A stretch of 62,705 bases of DNA from a virus: positions 1-62,705 of the IMG/VR virus record IMGVR_UViG_3300045988_178329. One strand, written 5' to 3'. Each line of letters starts with the position of its first letter. The stretch's first letter is position 1. The translations under genes and the position numbers were made by a program. The notes beneath the pieces are model-generated. The model was not told where the DNA came from. It was given only the letters and a program-made list of their open reading frames with translations, and did no database searches. Below, piece by piece: positions 44,573 to 53,995 of this stretch.

Positions 44573-45841
44573 ATGCAAACAATAGCAAATAACATTGGAT
44601 TTGTTACCAAGTATTCCCCAAATGCCTGGGACGAAGTATACCAAATGAGCTCTAGGGCTTCCCTATTGAGCAACAAAGGCCTAGTCAACACCAAGGACGT
44701 TGACGGAGCCAGAATCGTAAGGGTCGCAAAGAAAACCTATGGCGGACTTGCACCATATGTCCGCAACAACATCCAGGACGGAGCCACCGAAGGGCTTGGC
44801 TACCATGGCTACAAACAAGCTGCCCAATCCCTCGTCTGGGAAGAGAGAACCCTTACCCAAGACGTAGGTGCTGCCTACCCAATCGAAATCATGGACAACA
44901 ACGAAAGCCTTGGCTTGGCAGTTGCCACTACCACCGCTGACGTCAGTAAGCAAGTCGTCATTCCAGATGTCGATGCCTATTGCTTCTCCCACATCTGTGA
45001 GGAAGTCAAGAGATTGAACCCAACCAACTACAAGAGTGGCGCATTCACTACCGGCAAGTACCTAGAGGAATTGAACAACGCCTTCTTCGCATTGGAAAGC
45101 CAAAACGTCGAATCCGAAAACCAAATCGTATTCGTCTCCACCGCCTACTTCAATGCCTTAAGAAGCACCCCTGAACTATACCGTAAGCTCGACTCCGAAG
45201 GTGATGTCGGCAAGAAGGTATCCTTCAAGATTGTCGGATACGAAGGACGTCCATTGGTTGTCTGCCCACCACAACGTTTCCGCGAAGGATTCAAGAGACG
45301 TGCCGATGGCGGATTCTACTTCACCGGTAGCGACATCGACTTCATCTGCCTCGAAAAGGATGCTGCAATCCATATCACCAAGTACCAAAAGACCAAGGTA
45401 TTGACAGGTGAGGTTGCCCTTGCCTATTCCGGCATGGACAGCATTGTCATCTTTGTCCGTATCTACCACGATGTCTTTGTCTTTGACAACAAGGCCAAGG
45501 GTATCTATGTCCACGTTGGTGGGTTCACCAACGAGGCCGGCAAGCCAAACTTCAACTTCGCAATCGACGGTAACGGCGTATTGACCAATACCCTAGAAAG
45601 CCCAGTTGGAACTTTGACCAGATACTATGCAACCATCAAGTCATTGACCACCGCCAATGTCAATAGCGCTTGGGTAACCGACAAGGCAAAGGATACCCCA
45701 ATCCTAGTCGGTGATACCTTCTCCGCAGGTACAAAGACCGTAGTCGGAGTACAAGGTGGGGAAATCATCGGTGTCAAGACACTCACTGTCTCCGGTACCG
45801 CCCCAAGTATCACATTCACCCTAGCCGACAAGGCTGCCTAA
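44573..45841 (+). CDS. putative major capsid protein
   Basis: 422 aa, placed after the scaffold-like genes; call rests on position only. Confidence 0.45.
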   Translation: MQTIANNIGFVTKYSPNAWDEVYQMSSRASLLSNKGLVNTKDVDGARIVRVAKKTYGGLAPYVRNNIQDGATEGLGYHGYKQAAQSLVWEERTLTQDVGAAYPIEIMDNNESLGLAVATTTADVSKQVVIPDVDAYCFSHICEEVKRLNPTNYKSGAFTTGKYLEELNNAFFALESQNVESENQIVFVSTAYFNALRSTPELYRKLDSEGDVGKKVSFKIVGYEGRPLVVCPPQRFREGFKRRADGGFYFTGSDIDFICLEKDAAIHITKYQKTKVLTGEVALAYSGMDSIVIFVRIYHDVFVFDNKAKGIYVHVGGFTNEAGKPNFNFAIDGNGVLTNTLESPVGTLTRYYATIKSLTTANVNSAWVTDKAKDTPILVGDTFSAGTKTVVGVQGGEIIGVKTLTVSGTAPSITFTLADKAA

Positions 45842-45952
45842 TAGCCTTTGCAGATAGAGGTAAAAATAGGGAGGTAGGCATTGCCTATTTCCCTTTTTCT
45901 TTTCCTTTTCGAAGTGTGGTTATATAATATCCATATATGGAGGATCATACCC

Positions 45953-46609
45953 ATGGCAACACACGATACCAAGAAGATGGACGTAATGCGCAACATAGCG
46001 GAATCGGACAGGAACGACAATTCCGAATATAGCACAAAGTCGCTCAGGAGGAACATGAGCACCGGAGGTGGACAACCAATCCCAAAGGGGGAGAAGTGGA
46101 CCACCGAGAGGAGAAGTCTCCAACCTAGGGATCCGGATACCGGCCACTTCACGTTCAATGCCGATGCCGGGTTCAGCAGGAAATGGAAGCCCGGGGCAAA
46201 GAGGAAGTTCAAGACCATACCGCTTTCCATAAGGAGGACCAACTTCGACTTTTCATCCATGGCGGAGGCAAGCGTAGTCAACATTGTTGGTCGTACATTC
46301 GTTTCCAATGAGGACATGAGTGCGGACGAATTCATTTCCTACTTCCATACATTGGCAGGTGGCGACTATACCACAGACATCCACGGAAAGAAAGAAGTCG
46401 GCAGCGTAAGGTCAGGCGACTATGGAAGCGGATACAAGGAAGGTGCGGAATTCAATAGGTACCTTGGCTCGATAGATGGGGAAATGCTCTTCAGTGGAGT
46501 AAACGATACATTTACCAAGAAGAGGGGAAGGAAGTCCCGCTTCGAGAAGGATTGCATAGAGAAGGCAGTATGGAACGTAAGCAAGGCTTCTTCCGCTGCT
46601 ATGGCATGA
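45953..46609 (+). CDS. hypothetical virion protein (218 aa)
   Basis: ATG after GGAGGA; the upstream part of the track ORF lacks a ribosome-binding site. Confidence 0.45.
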   Translation: MATHDTKKMDVMRNIAESDRNDNSEYSTKSLRRNMSTGGGQPIPKGEKWTTERRSLQPRDPDTGHFTFNADAGFSRKWKPGAKRKFKTIPLSIRRTNFDFSSMAEASVVNIVGRTFVSNEDMSADEFISYFHTLAGGDYTTDIHGKKEVGSVRSGDYGSGYKEGAEFNRYLGSIDGEMLFSGVNDTFTKKRGRKSRFEKDCIEKAVWNVSKASSAAMA

Positions 46610-46626
46610 TAACGGAGGATATTCCT

Positions 46627-46794
46627 ATGGACGTAGACAATACAATTGTTAGCAATGACATTAAGCCAACCGAGAAATTCGTTGGTGGTAGTGGCAAGAT
46701 AGACGGAATACTTGGAAAGAAGAGAAAGGAGAGGAAGTTCGACCGCTCCCTCTTTGGGCTTTTTTCCGAAAAGTCCGATGATGTGGAGGGATAG
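46627..46794 (+). CDS. hypothetical small protein (55 aa)
   Basis: ATG after a GGAGGA ribosome-binding site. Confidence 0.35.
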   Translation: MDVDNTIVSNDIKPTEKFVGGSGKIDGILGKKRKERKFDRSLFGLFSEKSDDVEG

Positions 46795-46801
46795 TGGCAA
46801 C

Positions 46802-47650
46802 ATGGCACAATTCATACCATACAGGAAGCTTTCAGAACTTAGGAAGGCAGCAGACGGTGGGGATTCCAAGGCAAAAAACATCGTCGATAGGTACATGGAT
46901 AGGAACGCCGACATGGAAACCATATCCAGGCTAATGGACGATTACTATGGTGTTTCTTCTTCTAAGAAGAAGGAAGAGGAGAAGGAAACCCCTACCCCAG
47001 TAAAGGAAGTTGAGAAAGAGACTGTTGATATAGTTCCTACCGAAAAAGAAGAGAAGCCATCTTCCTTATCGGCAGATGATTTCTCCGACCTGTCAAAGGA
47101 GTTGGATGGCCTAGTCGACCTTCCAAGCATAGAGCCGACTTCATTCAGGGAATATGTTTCCTCGAAGAAAAAAAGAGGAAGGGCAGCCAAGAAGGATGCC
47201 AACTACTTCAAGGCCTTCGATCCCGAAAGGAGGAAGGCATTCCTCGAGAAGAGCAAGAAGGACTTCTCCGATAGCCTAAATGGGAAGAGAAGGGACCTCG
47301 AACGCTCCTATGGCGACATAAGTTCCGCCCTCGATATCTATGGTCAGTATGTGTCCGATATGCCAGAAGATGATGTCGAACTCGACATATCATCTTCCTC
47401 CAAGGCCTATGGCGACCTCGTGGATAACGATGGAGCAATGTCATCGTTTGGGAGGGGATGGGACGAAAAGGACCTATCCGAGATGAAAAGCGAATTGTCC
47501 GAACTCGTTTCCAAGTACGGAAAGAAGAACGTTGTTGCAATGCTTAACTCTCTAAGGGAGGATGGCAATTCCTGGAGGGACTATGGCAACAACGCCATAG
47601 ACAGTGCCGTATCTAACTACGGCAAATCGCTTGACAAACTATTGAAGTAA
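46802..47650 (+). CDS. hypothetical protein (282 aa)
   Basis: ORF with GGAGGG ribosome-binding site. Confidence 0.5.
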   Translation: MAQFIPYRKLSELRKAADGGDSKAKNIVDRYMDRNADMETISRLMDDYYGVSSSKKKEEEKETPTPVKEVEKETVDIVPTEKEEKPSSLSADDFSDLSKELDGLVDLPSIEPTSFREYVSSKKKRGRAAKKDANYFKAFDPERRKAFLEKSKKDFSDSLNGKRRDLERSYGDISSALDIYGQYVSDMPEDDVELDISSSSKAYGDLVDNDGAMSSFGRGWDEKDLSEMKSELSELVSKYGKKNVVAMLNSLREDGNSWRDYGNNAIDSAVSNYGKSLDKLLK

Positions 47651-47729
47651 ATGGGGCTTCCACCGAAAAAGGTGGGAGCCTTTTTTCCATTTGGTTGAGT
47701 TTTCTCTCCGTGGATATTAAAATATCCCT

Positions 47730-48044
47730 ATGGAAGAAAACGGAAAGAAGATTGTCCTCACTGAAGAGAGGCTACCAATAGACTGCTCCAGGCAGGCTGA
47801 AAAGGGCTGTACGGAGGTATTGCTCTACGACAAGGTGAATAGGTGCTACTACAGGACCGATGTGGAAAGCATCATCTGCCTTGTGCTGAAGAAACTCGCC
47901 GAAAAGGAAAGGGAACTCGACGCGAAGTATTCGGAGCTTGGGAAAAGGCTTACCGACGAACAGTCAAGGTTCATATCTGACATGGTATCCACCAATGAGG
48001 CAATCATGGCTTTGGTCCAGAAGGACGGAGGGAACTCGAAATGA
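47730..48044 (+). CDS. hypothetical protein (104 aa)
   Basis: ORF. Confidence 0.45.
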   Translation: MEENGKKIVLTEERLPIDCSRQAEKGCTEVLLYDKVNRCYYRTDVESIICLVLKKLAEKERELDAKYSELGKRLTDEQSRFISDMVSTNEAIMALVQKDGGNSK

Positions 48045-49174
48045 AGAAGTTTGGCATATTTTTTGGATTGGCACCGCTAGTTGCGGTTCCTTGCATCTTT
48101 GGTAATGGCGGAAACGCAGCACTAGCGACATCCGCTGCCGGGGAAGGTGAAGGGGAAGGAGAGGTTGTTTCATCTGGAGAAGTTTCCGTTTCGGAAACCA
48201 CTTCGGAAACCTCTTCGGAAACCACTTCCGAATCATCTACCCCTGCCACTACCACTTATGAATATAGGGTAATGGAAGCCGTCATAGGCTATAGGGATAG
48301 CGAGGACGTTTCCTATGCAAAGGGAGATTCAAGGATAGGTAGTTACTTCCTTTCCGCCGATGGCTGGAACGATGGCGATACATATGACATCACGATGACC
48401 ATTACCGGCAACGTAACCACCAAACTAGCCGACAAGGTTGTATATATCTATGAATATAGGCCTACCTTGGTAAAGTGGTGTGGAAACGAAATATCGATGA
48501 ACGGAGACAAGACTTATACGTTGGCAAAGCCTACCGAAAAGGGAGACTATGCGCTAGAAATCAACTTTACAAAGACAATGATTACCAACCCAATGGATCT
48601 CACTAGCATAAACTGGTCGTCATTGCTTACCGTCCAGAACCTCATGACCATCGGTTCATGGGTTGTCATAATTGTCGGTATATTGATCCTCTATGGTCTC
48701 AACAGGAGATATAAGAAGAGGGGTTCCACCACATTGGAGGAAGTCAAGAAGTCCATTTCCAGCGAGATAGAGAATGTCTATGGCGTGGAAATGGCAAAGT
48801 CTATCAACTCGTTGCTTGATACTTCCGTAAAGGCTGCCTTTACGGCAATAGATGAAAAACTATCCAAGCTAGACAATAACAATGCGACCTTGGTTCGCTG
48901 CCTACTTGTCATGCAGGAGAATACCCCAGAGGCCAGACTTGCCGTTACCAAGTATTTGAGTGAACTCGATACGGCAGAGGATAGCAAGGCGGAAGAGGTA
49001 AAGAAACTAATCGAGGCCGAAATGGAAAAGTACAAGGCCGACCAGGAAGCCAAGGAAAAGGCCTTGGAGGAAGCAAGGAAGGTCAATGAGCAATGGAAGG
49101 ACAAGGCAACTTCTACCGATACCGAACCAAAGGAAGCAATCGATAGCAACGCAGGGGACGGAACTACCATATGA
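48041..49174 (+). CDS. type I membrane protein: signal peptide, Ser/Thr-rich linker, one transmembrane helix, coiled-coil tail
   Basis: N-terminal signal peptide; TSETSSETTSESS linker; transmembrane helix IGSWVVIIVGILILYGL; charged C-terminus. Confidence 0.55.
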   Translation: MKKFGIFFGLAPLVAVPCIFGNGGNAALATSAAGEGEGEGEVVSSGEVSVSETTSETSSETTSESSTPATTTYEYRVMEAVIGYRDSEDVSYAKGDSRIGSYFLSADGWNDGDTYDITMTITGNVTTKLADKVVYIYEYRPTLVKWCGNEISMNGDKTYTLAKPTEKGDYALEINFTKTMITNPMDLTSINWSSLLTVQNLMTIGSWVVIIVGILILYGLNRRYKKRGSTTLEEVKKSISSEIENVYGVEMAKSINSLLDTSVKAAFTAIDEKLSKLDNNNATLVRCLLVMQENTPEARLAVTKYLSELDTAEDSKAEEVKKLIEAEMEKYKADQEAKEKALEEARKVNEQWKDKATSTDTEPKEAIDSNAGDGTTI

Positions 49175-49374
49175 GTACAAAGCTCAAATGGTGCCTGTTG
49201 GTAGGGCTGTTCCTTGTCATTGGTGGGATAGCGCTTGTCGTAGGGTTCTATTATGCAGGGTTTGACATACTTGGCTGGTTCACCTCCAAGTATGCCTTCA
49301 TAGTCTATTTCTTCATTGGGGCTTATTTGTTCCTGGTGTCGGCACTGCTGGTGAACGATTACATAAGGAAGTAG
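49171..49374 (+). CDS. small two-helix membrane protein (67 aa)
   Basis: Two hydrophobic helices. Confidence 0.5.
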   Translation: MSTKLKWCLLVGLFLVIGGIALVVGFYYAGFDILGWFTSKYAFIVYFFIGAYLFLVSALLVNDYIRK

Positions 49375-49378
49375 AGAG

Positions 49379-50407
49379 ATGTTGAAGAAGGCAAACAAGA
49401 AGATAATACTTGGGGTTGGGGCACTATTGTCGTGCATAGCGATAGTCGGGCTTTGCTCCTTTTTCCCTTTTATATTCGATCCATCGAAGTGGCAGAATAG
49501 CGAATTTTTAAGCGATGAATTGATAGTCGCTGCGATAACCATATTCTCTGTTATATGCCTAATGTTCATAGCACAGGCATCCAACGCCCAGAACCCAAAT
49601 TCCAACATAGCAAGGGCAAGGGTTCGCTTCCTTGGAGGAACCACAAAGGACGGAGACGGGAAAACCATAAGGGTTGAGGGAAGTGTCGAAAGGATAACAA
49701 GGCACAACAAGATTTCCGCCTTTTCCCAATGGGTAAAGAAAGTCATGCAGCCAAGGGATATACAATCCGCCAAGGAAAGGATGCTCACTAAGGCTGGGAT
49801 AAACGATTTCTCGCTACTTGAACTCGATGACAGCGAACTATGGAACCTCACCAAGGATCCGCAGAAGTATGGAGACAAGTTCTATAAGATGATAACCAAG
49901 AAGGAATACAAGGAGATAGAGAGGGCAAAGAGGCTTCGTGTTGATGTGGTCGATCCTTCCTACTACCTCACCTGCTCGTCCATAGATAGCAACAAGACCA
50001 TTACGGAGAAGTCAGGTGGCGAGACAAGGAAGAAGGCAACACTCCTCTCCTATTCCATCGTCTCGAAGATAGTCATTGGGCTTATAATCGGAATGATATT
50101 TGCCTCGTTGATTCTAGATACCTCAACAGGTGTCGAACAGGCAAAGGCATGGATGAAGTTCGTTTCCAGGATGTTCTCCATGGCAACCTCTTCCCTCATG
50201 GGATACATGATTGGTTGCCAGGTAAACGACATCGACGCCGACTTCATAGAGATGAAGTGCCTTGCTCACGACCAGTTCTTCGAGGACAGCACATTCGTGC
50301 CAAAGACCGAGCAGGAACTTGCAAAAGAGGAGTTCGTGGAACGCGTAAAGAGGGAAGGGACACTATTGACCTATGAAAAGGGAAAGGAAGGAAAATCCTG
50401 CGATTAG
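49379..50407 (+). CDS. membrane protein (342 aa)
   Basis: N-terminal transmembrane helices and a later helix IVIGLIIGMIFASLIL. Confidence 0.5.
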   Translation: MLKKANKKIILGVGALLSCIAIVGLCSFFPFIFDPSKWQNSEFLSDELIVAAITIFSVICLMFIAQASNAQNPNSNIARARVRFLGGTTKDGDGKTIRVEGSVERITRHNKISAFSQWVKKVMQPRDIQSAKERMLTKAGINDFSLLELDDSELWNLTKDPQKYGDKFYKMITKKEYKEIERAKRLRVDVVDPSYYLTCSSIDSNKTITEKSGGETRKKATLLSYSIVSKIVIGLIIGMIFASLILDTSTGVEQAKAWMKFVSRMFSMATSSLMGYMIGCQVNDIDADFIEMKCLAHDQFFEDSTFVPKTEQELAKEEFVERVKREGTLLTYEKGKEGKSCD

Positions 50408-50828
50408 GAAATATGAGGAAGCCCAGCGCCTCGAAAGGGAAAGGATAGGCAACGAGCCTTCACCATGGAAGAGGTTCTGGAAAAGGGTTTGGCATTTGGT
50501 TTCATGGCCGTTCAAGTGGCTGTGGGCGCAATGCCACGACTGGCGCTTCCTTGCATTGTTCCTGATAGTGATGGAGGTTGTCTCATCTGAAGTGTGGATA
50601 TTCTACCTATTGGCGCTATTATCGTGGGGAACGGATTTCGGAAAGTGGGCGCTTGGCATTGGTTCCACGATGTGGGCGTTCTGGCTATTGCCGGGAACTC
50701 CGTTCATACCACTTTGCATAGCGATAACAATGGGGTTGCAGGCAATAATCGACAAGGTAAAATATAGGAAGGGAAAGGAAGGTAGCCATGGCAGAGGAAA
50801 TGGAAAAGACGGAAGAGAAAGCCAATGA
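50373..50828 (+). CDS. membrane protein (151 aa), Trp-rich
   Basis: About three transmembrane helices. Confidence 0.5.
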   Translation: MKRERKENPAIRKYEEAQRLERERIGNEPSPWKRFWKRVWHLVSWPFKWLWAQCHDWRFLALFLIVMEVVSSEVWIFYLLALLSWGTDFGKWALGIGSTMWAFWLLPGTPFIPLCIAITMGLQAIIDKVKYRKGKEGSHGRGNGKDGRESQ

Positions 50829-51324
50829 AGAAACCGACGGCTATAGGAAGATGTCGGTAGCGGAGTTCTGGATAAGGTTCTCGATATGGGTGCTCCTTGC
50901 CCTTGTAGCACCTCTTGTCTACATAGCGGTGGCATATGGGATGTTCACTACCAGCAAGGGTGGCGATACCTGCCTTACCGGCTGGGGAACGGTAGCCATA
51001 ATGTTTACGTGCATAATGCTCATGGTGATAGTAAGCCAGGCAAAGAAGGGAATGCGATACGGAAGCATGGCAAGGCAGTGCATAGACGGATATACGGTGT
51101 TGATACCTATATTCTGCCTTATAGTGCTCCTGGAGGCCATAAAGGGGAACATAGAGAGCTTCGAGAGATTCCTTATAGTGATGATTATCTGCGAAGCCAT
51201 TGCAGTGCCTGTAAACCCAATGAGGAAATGGGCGGAGCAAAACCACATAGAGAGGGCTGAGGGCTTCATCACAAGGACATTGAAGAAGGCTCTTGGCAAG
51301 GACAAGAAGGAAGAAAAGAAATAA
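50788..51324 (+). CDS. membrane protein (178 aa), about four transmembrane helices
   Basis: Hydrophobic helices; Lys-rich C-terminus. Confidence 0.5.
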   Translation: MAEEMEKTEEKANEETDGYRKMSVAEFWIRFSIWVLLALVAPLVYIAVAYGMFTTSKGGDTCLTGWGTVAIMFTCIMLMVIVSQAKKGMRYGSMARQCIDGYTVLIPIFCLIVLLEAIKGNIESFERFLIVMIICEAIAVPVNPMRKWAEQNHIERAEGFITRTLKKALGKDKKEEKK

Positions 51325-51353
51325 GCCATGGAAAAATTCATGGCTTTTTTTAA
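51323..51353 (+). terminator. rho-independent terminator
   Basis: AGCCATG-gaaaaattc-ATGGCT followed by TTTTTTT. Confidence 0.75.
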
Positions 51354-51360
51354 AAAGATA

Positions 51361-51388
51361 TTGAAAAAGCAAAAAAACTATCTATAAT
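51361..51388 (+). promoter_or_regulatory. sigma70 promoter TTGAAA-N16-TATAAT
   Basis: Near-consensus -35 and -10 boxes; drives a short unit that ends at the 51510-51540 terminator. Confidence 0.6.
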
Positions 51389-51394
51389 GATGGT

Positions 51395-51540
51395 GATGGG
51401 AAAGACGCATTTCCATTTGGTGTATGGCATTTGTGAGTTTGTTCCATATTCCATCCTTTGAAAATTTTGGTGTCACAGCTTTAACCCCCTTTATTGAGTA
51501 GCACCTATTGAAGCCACTTAGCGTGAGTGGCTTTTTTTGT
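51395..51540 (+). ncRNA. putative small RNA, or leaderless 24-aa peptide unit, between a promoter and a terminator
   Basis: Promoter at 51361-51388 and terminator AGCCACT-tagcgtg-AGTGGCT followed by TTTTTTT at 51510-51540. The only ORF is MMVMGKTHFHLVYGICEFVPYSIL and it has no ribosome-binding site. Confidence 0.35.
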
Positions 51541-51577
51541 TGTTTAAAAGAAAGTACATAAAATGTAGAATTATGTT

Positions 51578-51958
51578 ATGGAATATTCAGGTTACTCAAA
51601 TATGGTAGTGTCTAGGCGCACATATAGGGACAAGTGCGAATGGTGGCAGAGAACCACCGTCAATGGCCAGATAACGCTTAGCATACTAGCCCACACCGTT
51701 GCCCCAAACGGCACATTCAGGGCAAAGAACGTGTCCAATCACTATATGGGAAAGACAATGGAGGGCGATATAAGGCTATCCAATGGATATGTACTCATAG
51801 AGACGCCTGACGATGTATCGTTCCTGAGACCAGACGATTACATAAGGTACGAGGGAATCTTCTATCGTGTCGATACCATACAGAGAAGGGAACTTGCAAG
51901 GACAAGGATGAACATGAAGCATCCCATTTGCGTATTTGTCATACAACTCGTGAGGTAG
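51578..51958 (+). CDS. hypothetical virion protein (126 aa)
   Basis: ORF. Confidence 0.45.
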   Translation: MEYSGYSNMVVSRRTYRDKCEWWQRTTVNGQITLSILAHTVAPNGTFRAKNVSNHYMGKTMEGDIRLSNGYVLIETPDDVSFLRPDDYIRYEGIFYRVDTIQRRELARTRMNMKHPICVFVIQLVR

Positions 51959-51962
51959 TGCG

Positions 51963-52532
51963 ATGGAAAGCAGGACGAGGCGTGAGGCAACAATGTCCCT
52001 TGCAAGGGAGATATTGGACGGTAGGGTAAGGGAGATAGCGAGTGAAGCCCCAAAAAGGACAATGGATCTTGTCGAGATGAAGTGGCATAAATCGAAATTC
52101 CTTGGCGATACCGGAATAGACATAGGCTCATTGGGTAAGGAAGGGTATGACTTCAAGGGTAGGAGATACCTACGCTATGAGAGGACGAAAGAGGAACTTG
52201 GAAAGAGAAGGAGCAAGAAAAGGCAGGAAGCCTTTGCCCTTATAGAGAAATCCGAGATTGACGTTGTTACGATGGTCAAGAGGGAAGCCGATAGGGAAAG
52301 GAAGAAAACCAAGATAAGGCAGGGAAGCGAAAAAGAGGTGTTTGTCATACTTGCATACGAAAGGCTTCCCGGCGAATACAAGGGGAATTACAAAATTGAT
52401 TCAAGCGGAACCGAAAAGAGGGGAATGAGGGTTTCGAAGCTTGATAGGTTGCTTGTCAGTTCCATAAGGAATTGGGCTAGCAGGGAACAAATCAATGTAG
52501 ATATAGAAATCGAGAGTAGTGGGAAGGAGTAG
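51963..52532 (+). CDS. hypothetical protein (189 aa)
   Basis: ORF. Confidence 0.45.
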   Translation: MESRTRREATMSLAREILDGRVREIASEAPKRTMDLVEMKWHKSKFLGDTGIDIGSLGKEGYDFKGRRYLRYERTKEELGKRRSKKRQEAFALIEKSEIDVVTMVKREADRERKKTKIRQGSEKEVFVILAYERLPGEYKGNYKIDSSGTEKRGMRVSKLDRLLVSSIRNWASREQINVDIEIESSGKE

Positions 52533-52537
52533 CCACC

Positions 52538-53488
52538 ATGATGGAATACAGCAAGGTCATAACGACAATATCCAAGCAATTGGGTGCAATAGCAAAGGGG
52601 ATTACCGAGGATTACGACATAGTGATATGTCCGGAAAGGATTTTTGTCGATGATTATCTCCCATCGATAGAACAATACTACGAAAGGAATTCCGAATTGC
52701 CTTCCCTTGATGTGGAAACGCCAGAGGAAATACCTTATGCCAATACGATATTCGTTGTCATAAAGGTTGGATCGGGGCAAAGGAACATGGCGGTTTCGGA
52801 AACTACCGTTACCTTGCAGGTAATGACGGAGGAAAACGATTTCGAGGTTACAAAGAAGATACTTGACATGTTCCTTGCCGAATACAATTTCGAATATAGG
52901 GATGGAATTATACAGAGCTATTTCAACCCAGAGATGGTTTCATCTACCGATTCGGTATATTCCGGGTTCAGGGCAATGTACAATTGCCGTGGAACATTGA
53001 GGATACCAGAGGACAACCTTATGTTCGTCCAGGACATAATGGTGGGTATTCCTGACGAAAAAGGCGTTACCGAAATGCACAAGATACCATTCATTTCGCA
53101 GAGTTATGACAACCATGCAAGTACCGACCCACAACCTCTTTCGGGGTATAATGGGGTTACGCTCAACCTAAATAGGCAGACAACCCAGACCGTCAGTTTG
53201 AATACATACCTATTCTATTTTTCCGATGTCGGTAACGACAAGGAAAAGGCTTGGGTGAATAGGTTTGCGGAGTCCATATTGAGGTCGCAAAGGAACATGA
53301 ATAGGAAATTTAGGATTGCGATAAGGACGAATATCAATGGGGAGAGCGTAGAAGATGAGGGAGGCAAGGTTTGCCTTGCCAATGACTGGTTCACCCTTGT
53401 CGGCACTACCTATAACCAGGACTGGGGAGATATATCGACATGGGCTTTGACATTCAGCAGGTCGAAGGAAAGGGAAGAAGGTGAATAG
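52538..53488 (+). CDS. hypothetical virion or tail protein (316 aa)
   Basis: ORF with GGAAGGAG ribosome-binding site. Confidence 0.5.
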   Translation: MMEYSKVITTISKQLGAIAKGITEDYDIVICPERIFVDDYLPSIEQYYERNSELPSLDVETPEEIPYANTIFVVIKVGSGQRNMAVSETTVTLQVMTEENDFEVTKKILDMFLAEYNFEYRDGIIQSYFNPEMVSSTDSVYSGFRAMYNCRGTLRIPEDNLMFVQDIMVGIPDEKGVTEMHKIPFISQSYDNHASTDPQPLSGYNGVTLNLNRQTTQTVSLNTYLFYFSDVGNDKEKAWVNRFAESILRSQRNMNRKFRIAIRTNINGESVEDEGGKVCLANDWFTLVGTTYNQDWGDISTWALTFSRSKEREEGE

Positions 53489-53490
53489 GC

Positions 53491-53994
53491 ATGGCAAAGA
53501 CCGTTACCATAAGGATTCTCAACGAATCAATCCCAAGTTCACCTTCACCCGACGCAAAGTCAGATGAAAGGAAGAACAAGCCAGAGGGTTCTAGTTCATC
53601 ATCAAACGAACTGAAGATGGCAAAGGCTTTCTTCAAGCCCGTAACCTCAATGGTGTTTCAGGCAGCCGAGGCAGGCTTCAATAGGTATCTTGACATGTCG
53701 GAGGACTATAAGGCGCAGATTGGCGTCCAGAACGGAAAGGCTATCATAAACATAGGGAAGGACGTTTACAATTCCACCAAGAGCTTTGCGAAGATGGGAA
53801 TGGCACTTGGTGGACCGGTAGGCGGAATGATAGGTGCCTTTGTCGGTCTTGTAACTTCTACCGGAAGGATTCGCTTGCAGGCTGGCAAGACACTTGCCGA
53901 ACAAAACAGGAACTTGCAGGAACAGGCCTATTCGCTCTATTTCACGACCGCAAGGGCAGGCATGGTCAACTATTCAAGGGGAACGGAGAACTAA
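53491..53994 (+). CDS. hypothetical protein with Gly-zipper hydrophobic segment (167 aa)
   Basis: KMGMALGGPVGGMIGAFVGLV. Confidence 0.45.
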   Translation: MAKTVTIRILNESIPSSPSPDAKSDERKNKPEGSSSSSNELKMAKAFFKPVTSMVFQAAEAGFNRYLDMSEDYKAQIGVQNGKAIINIGKDVYNSTKSFAKMGMALGGPVGGMIGAFVGLVTSTGRIRLQAGKTLAEQNRNLQEQAYSLYFTTARAGMVNYSRGTEN

Positions 53995-53995
53995 T

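Noticed and set aside
48778-49878. 366-aa minus-strand ORF antisense to the membrane-protein genes
   Set aside because: Ser/Leu-rich low-complexity translation typical of the antisense of an AGG/GAA-rich coding strand. The plus-strand genes form a coherent operon with ribosome-binding sites.
50704-51372. 222-aa minus-strand ORF antisense to 50788..51324
   Set aside because: Same argument. His/Tyr/Leu-rich antisense artefact that runs through the plus-strand terminator.
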